From an uncultured Bacteroidales bacterium (GTDB lineage: Bacteria > Bacteroidota > Bacteroidia > Bacteroidales > UBA3663): a DNA stretch of 33,121 nt. The notes under the pieces are model-generated. The model was given only the letters and a program-made list of their open reading frames with translations. It searched no databases and was not told where the DNA came from. The DNA lies in NCBI GenBank assembly GCA_905236195.1, contig CAJOOX010000082.1, positions 1 through 33,121 of the forward strand, read 5' to 3'. Shown here one piece after another: positions 8,380 to 15,360 of the stretch. The translations under genes were made by a program, and so were the position numbers. Position 1 is the stretch's first letter. Each line of letters opens with the position of its first letter.

Positions 8380-9147
8380 TTAAACTTCCTCAGGTGTCTG
8401 TTCGCCGGTTTCGTGATCCTGTCCGAGGTCGAAATAGACCTTGTCTATGGTAAAATGTTCAGAAATGCGTCGTTTGGACTCCTTCCACATCCACCAGCAG
8501 AACAGGAGAAGGATAATGAAGAGAATACCCGAGCCAAGGACTGATATGAACATACATATGGTGTCGTAAGTGCCATGCAGGAAGACGGGCACGAGAATCA
8601 TGAGCCAGCGATAACGCTGGACATGGGTAGAAGCCTCAGGATCAGTCCGACGTCTGGCATCCCAGTGCTGGAGACTGTAATAATAGCCCATGGCAACTGC
8701 GAAGAAGAAGTGGGCTGGAACAGCAAGGAAAGCACGGATGAAAGCCACCGTAGTCCAGTTGGACAGATCATCAAAAACATACATAATGTTCTCGACAGCA
8801 GCAAAACCCATGCCCACGCAACATGCATAGACGATGCCGTCGAGGTGTTCGTCGAAGGCTTCACACTTACGCAGGAAGAGGCCCAACATGATAAGTTTGG
8901 CGAGTTCCTCAGGTACAGCGGCCTGCATAAAGGCGGTATAGACACAGCCCCAGAGAGTGTCAGTTCCCGGATTATAAATCATGGTTACCGGCGTGGAAAA
9001 AAGCATGGACACGAAGACGGATCCGATGCCATAGAAGAAGGCTTTGAGAAGTTCATTGGCAGGTTCGGGCTTCATGCTGTCCTGGTGGTAGATGAAGCTG
9101 AGGAGGACGATAACGGGCAGCAGAGCTGCAAGAAGAATGATTGACAT
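8380..9147 (-). CDS. PrsW-family intramembrane metalloprotease
   Basis: 255 aa and polytopic. It carries the family motifs EExxK (VPEELAKL), FxxxE (GFAAVENI) and HxxxD (LHGTYDT). Confidence 0.75.
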   Translation of the reverse strand: MSIILLAALLPVIVLLSFIYHQDSMKPEPANELLKAFFYGIGSVFVSMLFSTPVTMIYNPGTDTLWGCVYTAFMQAAVPEELAKLIMLGLFLRKCEAFDEHLDGIVYACCVGMGFAAVENIMYVFDDLSNWTTVAFIRAFLAVPAHFFFAVAMGYYYSLQHWDARRRTDPEASTHVQRYRWLMILVPVFLHGTYDTICMFISVLGSGILFIILLLFCWWMWKESKRRISEHFTIDKVYFDLGQDHETGEQTPEEV

Positions 9148-9174
9148 TTCGAAATTGACAGTTATGTTGGTTAC

Positions 9175-10689
9175 TTATGAGAGAAGTCCTTCGATGTGGA
9201 TGGCTTTTGGGAGGGCGGGACAATAGAACTCGCAGGCGCCACATCCGGTACAACGGTTAACAGTGACCTTGGGGACCTTATGGTTGCCACGCACGACCAT
9301 TGTGATGGCCTGGTGGGGACAATGGCGGACACAGGCGTCACAATCGACATCGTCGGTGGCTGTGACGCAGGTAAGCGAGTTAAAGACAGCTACACCCATC
9401 TTGTCACGCTGCTTGCGTGAGAGGGAGAAGGTTTGTATAGCTCCTGTTGGACAAACATCGGCACAGGCATTGCATTCCGGTCGGCAGAATCCGGTAGTGA
9501 AATTCACAGTGGGCACGAGCAATCCCTCCGGACCGTACTCTGTGGTGGAAGGCCGAAGGATATGCGTAGGACAATGTACTATGCATAGGTGGCAGGAGGT
9601 ACAACGAGTGAGATAGCGGGCAATGTTGCCGGTGGACGGGGGCATGACCGGTTTGTATCGTTCGACGACGAGCTGCCCCTTTCGATTGTAGACTTTAACC
9701 CGTTTCTCATGTTCAGCATCCAGCTGTTCGGTGCGATAGTAAGTCCCTTCGTCAATCCACCCTTCCTCAATAATATCCTGCGCCCTGGACACGAAAGGAA
9801 GCTGCAGGAAGAGAGCCGAAGTAGCGAGAAACTGACGCCTGCTTTCGTTGTGGGCCTGCCCCTTCCCTGACAAAGCGGGACGGGTATAACGGAAACGATA
9901 GTGTATCGCACCCTTGTCGCAAGCCGAAATGCAGTCGAAGCATGAAACACAGCGCGAAGGGTCGATATGTAACTTCCGCGCATCGAGACACGAAGCCTTG
10001 CAACGGGCCTCACAACGTCCGCAATAATCACAGCGGGAAGCATCAAACGAGATTGTGAACAACGAGCATCGGGAGAGCCAGCTGAGCGTCCAGCCCACCG
10101 GACAAAGGCTGTTGCAGAAAGTACGACCCCATATCCAGGCCGTGAGGAACACAAATAGCGCCACAACGGCCGCAATGACCGATGCTTGGAAACTGGCAGT
10201 ATGGAAGTCTTCATGCTCGAACCAGGTGCCGAGCGGACCATTGAGGCCGGAGAGCAGATCCCTGACCCAAAGCCAAAGGGGATAGAGACCTTGGGTGACC
10301 ATGCGTCCGTACTCGCTCCAGGGATCGAGCAAAGCCGGCAGCCAATGGATGCCCTCGACAAAGCCCCATATACCTATTATTAATATAAGAGGACGGGTGA
10401 GGTGTCCCCAAAGCGGATGGGAATAGCGGTTGGCAGCAGGACGGACACGACGGGAAAGCCACCCCACGAGGTCCTGAAGGATGCCCATGGGACAGATGAC
10501 CGAGCAATAGACACGACCGAAGACCAGCGTGACAATTGCCAGGAGCACAAGGATGCCCACATTGATGGCCAGGAGGGCCGGTACCAGCTGGATACGACCC
10601 ACCCACGCAACCCTGAAAATGCCCAGGAGCGACAAAGTGGACAGGAGCCACAGGACAATTGCGATGGTTCTACGTACGGTTCTCAGCAT
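9175..10689 (-). CDS. Membrane-bound polyferredoxin, NapH/MauN/YccM-like (multiple 4Fe-4S clusters)
   Basis: 504 aa. The N-terminal TM helices carry two CxxxCP motifs (YCSVICPMG, FCNSLCPVG). At least six CxxCxxCxxxC(P)-type motifs follow (e.g. CTSCHLCIVHCP, CNACADVCP, CDACVRHCP, CTGCGACEFYCP). Confidence 0.75.
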   Translation of the reverse strand: MLRTVRRTIAIVLWLLSTLSLLGIFRVAWVGRIQLVPALLAINVGILVLLAIVTLVFGRVYCSVICPMGILQDLVGWLSRRVRPAANRYSHPLWGHLTRPLILIIGIWGFVEGIHWLPALLDPWSEYGRMVTQGLYPLWLWVRDLLSGLNGPLGTWFEHEDFHTASFQASVIAAVVALFVFLTAWIWGRTFCNSLCPVGWTLSWLSRCSLFTISFDASRCDYCGRCEARCKASCLDARKLHIDPSRCVSCFDCISACDKGAIHYRFRYTRPALSGKGQAHNESRRQFLATSALFLQLPFVSRAQDIIEEGWIDEGTYYRTEQLDAEHEKRVKVYNRKGQLVVERYKPVMPPSTGNIARYLTRCTSCHLCIVHCPTHILRPSTTEYGPEGLLVPTVNFTTGFCRPECNACADVCPTGAIQTFSLSRKQRDKMGVAVFNSLTCVTATDDVDCDACVRHCPHQAITMVVRGNHKVPKVTVNRCTGCGACEFYCPALPKAIHIEGLLS

Positions 10690-11122
10690 TTTGTTCTACC
10701 CACTCCATCTGACGGAGAAAAACAGGAATCTGGATGTGCTGTGGACAAAGCGGTTCACAGCGGTGACAATTGATACAATGGCCGGCACGGGCCAGCAGGG
10801 GGATGCGGTTGTGGTAGTCGGCCAGGAAGGAGCGAGTAAGGGCTGCATAATGGGGCGAAGCAGCCTTCTTGGGATCAGGCAGTTCGTTGTTATCGGCAGC
10901 ATCGTTCCATACATCGAAACACCCCACGATATCGACACCGTAGGGACATGGCATACAGTCGCCACATGCTATACAGGGAATGTGGAGCGCAGCCTGGGTG
11001 ACGGGGTTGGCTTGCAGAGCATCGGAAGACTTCCGCTGACGACATGCAGTGAGCCCGCCTGCTATAAGGAGTGTCGCCACCGAACCTCCCAGCAAACGTT
11101 CTATCGCCTCACGACGGTTCAT
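10670..11122 (-). CDS. Small exported (Tat-like signal + lipobox) 2x[4Fe-4S] protein resembling the C-terminal Fe-S domain of Fe-S aldo/keto reductases
   Basis: I chose the start at Met46 of the listed ORF (MNRREAIERLLGGSVATLLIAGGLTAC); the upstream extension is AT-rich promoter DNA. Cluster motifs are CIACGDCMPCP and CINCHRCEPLCP. The gene overlaps the downstream polyferredoxin gene by 20 nt. Confidence 0.6.
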   Translation of the reverse strand: MNRREAIERLLGGSVATLLIAGGLTACRQRKSSDALQANPVTQAALHIPCIACGDCMPCPYGVDIVGCFDVWNDAADNNELPDPKKAASPHYAALTRSFLADYHNRIPLLARAGHCINCHRCEPLCPQHIQIPVFLRQMEWVEQNAENRT

Positions 11123-11172
11123 TTTTTCGTCTTGCAAAACCATGATTTTGTGCCTAATTGTTAATAATGGTG

Positions 11173-11180
11173 CAAATTTA
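11173..11180 (-). promoter_or_regulatory. -7 promoter box TAAATTTG for the Fe-S/PrsW/OMP gene string
   Basis: TAnnTTTG match on the minus strand, about 50 nt upstream of the ATG at 11122, in a divergent intergenic region. Confidence 0.45.
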
Positions 11181-11286
11181 TCATTTTTTTCTGACATAAT
11201 CGCTTTAATTCCGAAAAAAATACGATATTTGCCGCAAAATGTGATATATTTTGCCATTATAAACCAAAAAACGATACAAATTATTT

Positions 11287-13158
11287 ATGAAACGAACCAT
11301 CCACTCCTTATTACTGGCAGGTATCCTGCTGACAGGATGGGCTGCATGCAGCACAGCCCAACCCCGGTATGACTTTGAGCATTTGCAGATGGAAAAACTG
11401 AACCGCGGTCTCGTGGCCATACGTCAGAACGAGCATCAGGTTGCCGTGACTTGGCGATACCTGCGCGAAGACCCCGAAGACATCACTTTCCAACTGTATC
11501 GCGACGGCAAACTGATTGCAGACGATTTGAGAGAATCGACGTATTACACAGACGAATGGAGCGGCACAGAGGCCGCAACCTACAAACTGGTGGCCAAATC
11601 TGAAAGCGTGAAGAAGTTCGACAAACGGCTCAAAACGGCAGAATACGTACTGCCTGCGAACGCTCCCACCGGATATATAGACATACCCATCAACCGGCCC
11701 GATGACGGGTGGTTCAACCTGTATGAGAGTTACAGCTATTCGGCAGGCGATGCCTCGATAGGCGATGTGGACGGCGACGGCGAATATGAAATATTTCTGA
11801 AATGGGATCCCTCGAATGCGCATGACAACTCACATGCGGGTTATACCGGCAACGTATATATCGACTGTTACAAACTGAACGGACAGCAGTTGTGGCGTAT
11901 CGACCTGGGGCCCAACATCCGTGCAGGTGCCCATTATACGCAGTTCATGGTTTATGACTTGGACGGCGACGGCAAGGCCGAGCTCGTGTGCAAGACGGCC
12001 GACGGCACGACAGACGCCACGGGTCAGGTGATTGGTAATCCCGATGTGGACTGGGCCAACAACTCAGGCTACATCATCGACGGTCCGGAATTCCTGACAG
12101 TCTTTGACGGACTCACGGGCAAGGCTCTGCAAACAACAGATTATATCCCGGCACGCGGCAACCTGAGCGGATGGGGTGACGAATACGGCAACCGCGTAGA
12201 CCGTTTTCTGGCCTGTGTTGCCTACCTGGACGGCAAGCATCCCTCGGTGGTAATGTGCCGCGGCTACTACACCCGCACCGTTCTTGCAGCCTGGGACTGG
12301 GACGGCCAGAACCTGACTTCGCGCTGGGTATTCGACACGAACGAAGGCTGGAGCGACTATGCCGGACAGGGCAACCACAACCTGAGCGTAGCCGATGTGG
12401 ACGGCGACGGTTGTGACGAAATCATCTACGGATCGATGGCGGTGAACAACGACGGCACAGGATTGCATACAGCGAAGACAGGTCACGGAGACGCCATCCA
12501 TGTGACCGCCTTCTTCCCCCACTCGGACGCCCTGCAGGTATGGGACGTACATGAAAACCGGAGAGACGGTTCGACGCTGCGTGACGCCAAGACCGGCCGC
12601 AACATCTTCCGCATTCCCTCTAACATCGACGTAGGTCGCGGCATGGCCGCAGATATCGACCCCACGTCACCTGGTGTAGAGATGTGGTCAATTGCCTCGG
12701 AAGGCATCCGTTCGCCTTACGGGCAAGTGGTCTGCAAAGAACCCAAGGCCCTGTCAATCAACATGGCCGTATGGTGGGACGGCGACGTACTGAGAGAACT
12801 CTATGACGGCACGTCCATCACCAAATGGAACTGGGAGAAAGGCGAAACCGAACTTCTGGTAAGATTCGAAGGGGTGAACCGCATCAATGGTACAAAGTCG
12901 AATCCATGTCTGGAAGGCGATATTCTGGGCGACTGGCGTGAGGAGGTGCTCCTCCCCACCCTGGACCAGCAGCATCTGCGACTGTATGTGACTCCCTACG
13001 AGACGCCCTTCCGATTTTGGACATTCCTGCAGGATCCGCCCTATCGTCACTGTCTGACCACCCAGAACGTGGCCTACAACCAGCCTCCGCAGGCAGGCTT
13101 CTACTTCGGTGCAGACCTGAAGAAAGGCAAGAAGTTCCGCGGCACAATCATCAAGTAA
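11287..13158 (+). CDS. Rhamnogalacturonan lyase, polysaccharide lyase family 11 (YesW/YesX-like), lipoprotein
   Basis: 623 aa with a lipoprotein signal (LLTGWAAC). It has repeated Ca-binding propeller motifs (GDVDGDGEYEI, YDLDGDGKAELV, ADVDGDGCDEII) and the string FLKWDPSNAHDNS, characteristic of PL11. Confidence 0.8.
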   Translation: MKRTIHSLLLAGILLTGWAACSTAQPRYDFEHLQMEKLNRGLVAIRQNEHQVAVTWRYLREDPEDITFQLYRDGKLIADDLRESTYYTDEWSGTEAATYKLVAKSESVKKFDKRLKTAEYVLPANAPTGYIDIPINRPDDGWFNLYESYSYSAGDASIGDVDGDGEYEIFLKWDPSNAHDNSHAGYTGNVYIDCYKLNGQQLWRIDLGPNIRAGAHYTQFMVYDLDGDGKAELVCKTADGTTDATGQVIGNPDVDWANNSGYIIDGPEFLTVFDGLTGKALQTTDYIPARGNLSGWGDEYGNRVDRFLACVAYLDGKHPSVVMCRGYYTRTVLAAWDWDGQNLTSRWVFDTNEGWSDYAGQGNHNLSVADVDGDGCDEIIYGSMAVNNDGTGLHTAKTGHGDAIHVTAFFPHSDALQVWDVHENRRDGSTLRDAKTGRNIFRIPSNIDVGRGMAADIDPTSPGVEMWSIASEGIRSPYGQVVCKEPKALSINMAVWWDGDVLRELYDGTSITKWNWEKGETELLVRFEGVNRINGTKSNPCLEGDILGDWREEVLLPTLDQQHLRLYVTPYETPFRFWTFLQDPPYRHCLTTQNVAYNQPPQAGFYFGADLKKGKKFRGTIIK

Positions 13159-13186
13159 TAACGAGACAAAAAATAAATTATCCGCT

Positions 13187-14614
13187 ATGAATATCTCCAT
13201 GCAAACGGCCGCCTATGCACTGGCAGCCATCCTCCTGACCGCATGCGGCCCCAAACGTCCCGACGAAAAGGCCACAGCAGTAGCCCCCGGCTCCAAGACC
13301 GGCACCCTTGCCACCAACAACGCATCGTCAGGCAACGACGTGATGCTACACCTGCTTGAACCACAGTATGAAACACCCTATGGTATCCCCAAAGAGGGAG
13401 ATGTGAAGGCTGTGATGGACAGAGTGCTCAACTACCTGAACGAGGTTACCCCCGCTTCGATTGACGACGGGAAACTGCACCAGGGCACCTTCCGTCTGAC
13501 CTCATACGAATGGGGCGTGACGTATGCCGCCATGCTGGATGCAGCCAAGGCGACAGGCGACAAGGCCTACCTGAAATACGTGAGCGACCGCTACAAACTG
13601 ATTGCCCAGTTAGCCCCCGAGATGGATTCCATCATCGCCCAGAATCCGCGCTATGACGAACAGATGCGCCGTGTGGTAGCTCCCTCTGCCCTCGATGATG
13701 CCGGAGCAATGGCCACCGCCCTGATCCGATTGCAGATGACCCAGAAGGGCGATACAGGTCTGTACATGCCGTTGATACGCCGTTATATTAAATATGTGAA
13801 CACAGTGCAGTACCGACTGAAGGACGGCACGTTTGCGCGACAACGGCCCCACTACAATACAGTCTGGTTGGACGATATGTACATGGGCATTCCGTGCCTA
13901 GCATATTATGGCCGTTATACGGGGAAATTCGAATACATCAACGAGGCCATCCGCCAGGTGAAGCTGTTCCGCGATAAGATGTGGGTATCGGACAAGAAAC
14001 TGTTCCGCCACGGATGGGTAGAGCAAATGACGCCCCATCCCTCCTTCCATTGGGGCCGCGCCAACGGCTGGGCCATCCTGACGCTCTGCGAAGTGCTGGA
14101 CATGATATCGGAAGAGAATCCCTCGAGAGGCGAACTTATGAATCTGTTGAGAGCACACATCGAAGGTCTGTGCCAGTTGCAGGACAAGACCGGATTCTGG
14201 CACCAGTTGCTCGATCGTCCTGACACATACCTTGAGACATCATGCACCGCCATCTACTGCTATTGTATCGCACACGCCATCAGTCAGGGCTGGGTGGATG
14301 CTCAGGCCTACGGTTCGAACGTACTGCTTGCCTGGAATGCCGTAGCGACCAAGGTGAACAGTCTTGGTCAGGTAGACGGCACCTGCGTAGGTACGGGCAT
14401 GGGCTTCGATCCCGCCTTTTATGCCTACCGTCCCGTCTCGACAGTAGCTGCTCACGGCTACGGTCCAGTAATCTGGGCCGGTGCTGAGGTTTTACATTTG
14501 CTGAAGAGCCAGCATCCCAAGATGAACGACTCGGCCGTTCACCTGTATCAATCCGAACAGAAAACCAAGGAGCCCATCTTCTCGGAAGATGTCGCTTCGG
14601 GCGAAATATTCTAA
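13187..14614 (+). CDS. Unsaturated rhamnogalacturonyl hydrolase, GH105 (GH88/YteR-like), lipoprotein
   Basis: 475 aa with a lipobox (LLTAC). It shows GH88/GH105 (alpha/alpha)6 signatures: WLDDMYMG, WGRANGWA, FWHQLLD. The gene starts 28 nt after PL11. Confidence 0.8.
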   Translation: MNISMQTAAYALAAILLTACGPKRPDEKATAVAPGSKTGTLATNNASSGNDVMLHLLEPQYETPYGIPKEGDVKAVMDRVLNYLNEVTPASIDDGKLHQGTFRLTSYEWGVTYAAMLDAAKATGDKAYLKYVSDRYKLIAQLAPEMDSIIAQNPRYDEQMRRVVAPSALDDAGAMATALIRLQMTQKGDTGLYMPLIRRYIKYVNTVQYRLKDGTFARQRPHYNTVWLDDMYMGIPCLAYYGRYTGKFEYINEAIRQVKLFRDKMWVSDKKLFRHGWVEQMTPHPSFHWGRANGWAILTLCEVLDMISEENPSRGELMNLLRAHIEGLCQLQDKTGFWHQLLDRPDTYLETSCTAIYCYCIAHAISQGWVDAQAYGSNVLLAWNAVATKVNSLGQVDGTCVGTGMGFDPAFYAYRPVSTVAAHGYGPVIWAGAEVLHLLKSQHPKMNDSAVHLYQSEQKTKEPIFSEDVASGEIF

Positions 14615-14638
14615 ATTCCTAAAAATACCCTTTTCCAA

Positions 14639-14953
14639 ATGAAACGCGAAGCATTCAAAATGTTCCTGAATCCCGGACAGAAAGAAGAGTATAAGCGTCG
14701 TCATGCCAACCTCTTCCCCGAATTACGCAAGCTCCTATCTGAGAGCGGTGTACGTAACTACTCAATCTACCTCGACGAGGAGACCAACATTCTCTTTGCC
14801 TACCAGGAACTGGAAGGCCAAGGCGGCAGCCAGGACCTGGGCAGTACTAAGATCTGTCAGGAATGGTGGGCATATATGGCAGACATCATGAAAACAAATC
14901 CTGACAACTCGCCCGTTTCCATTCCCCTGCCCGAAATGTTCCACATGGATTGA
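14639..14953 (+). CDS. rhaM: L-rhamnose mutarotase
   Basis: 104 aa. It is colinear with E. coli RhaM/YiiL as I recall it: FKMFLNPGQKEEYKRRH...FPEL, NYSIYLD, CQEWWAYM, NPDNSPVS. Confidence 0.9.
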   Translation: MKREAFKMFLNPGQKEEYKRRHANLFPELRKLLSESGVRNYSIYLDEETNILFAYQELEGQGGSQDLGSTKICQEWWAYMADIMKTNPDNSPVSIPLPEMFHMD

Positions 14954-14988
14954 ACCATACGACTTCCGTTCTCCCGAAGAAAAATTTG

Positions 14989-15027
14989 TCCCCGACCGTG
15001 TCTTACGACAGGGCCGGGGATTTTTTT
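14989..15027 (+). terminator. Rho-independent terminator of the PL11-GH105-rhaM operon (usable on both strands)
   Basis: TCCCCGACC...GGGCCGGGGA hairpin followed by a T7 run. On the minus strand the same hairpin is followed by CAAATTTTTC. Confidence 0.7.
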
Positions 15028-15120
15028 GACCTGACTCAATGGCTTCTTCACGAAGTAAAAAGCAACTGGTGCTGTGTTTTCTAAACCGGAATCAGAATTA
15101 ATACGAAACTACATTCAAAC

Positions 15121-15144
15121 AAACATACAAACAAACATACAAAC
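15121..15144. repeat. Tandem 12-nt repeat AAACATACAAAC x2, with degenerate flanking copies
   Basis: Two perfect copies at 15121-15132 and 15133-15144. A related CATTCAAAC lies just upstream. Confidence 0.8.
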
Positions 15145-15223
15145 AATGATGAAAGAAGAACCAGTTACCGAATCCAGGTCTATCGGAAATAATAACAAAC
15201 TATATCATACATCTTTCACAGTG

Positions 15224-15231
15224 CAAAGATA
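15224..15231 (-). promoter_or_regulatory. Orphan -7 promoter box TATCTTTG in a convergent intergenic region
   Basis: Exact TAnnTTTG match on the minus strand with no ORF downstream before the bidirectional terminator at 14989-15027. Confidence 0.4.
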
Positions 15232-15360
15232 AACGAAAAATTTCACATGTTGCCCATTTTGGGATTATGTTTAACACACATTAACACAAACACTCCGTTT
15301 TTTATGCTTTAAAGCAACTATTTGGCCGTTTTTTGTCGCTTTTGATGTTGTTGCATTGAG

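Noticed and set aside
15146-15232. 28-codon plus-strand sORF (MMKEEPVTESRSIGNNNKLYHTSFTVQR) in the rhaM/HTCS intergenic region
   Set aside because: There is no plus-strand promoter box upstream (it lies downstream of the rhaM terminator), no hydrophobic or Cys pattern, and no support beyond being open.
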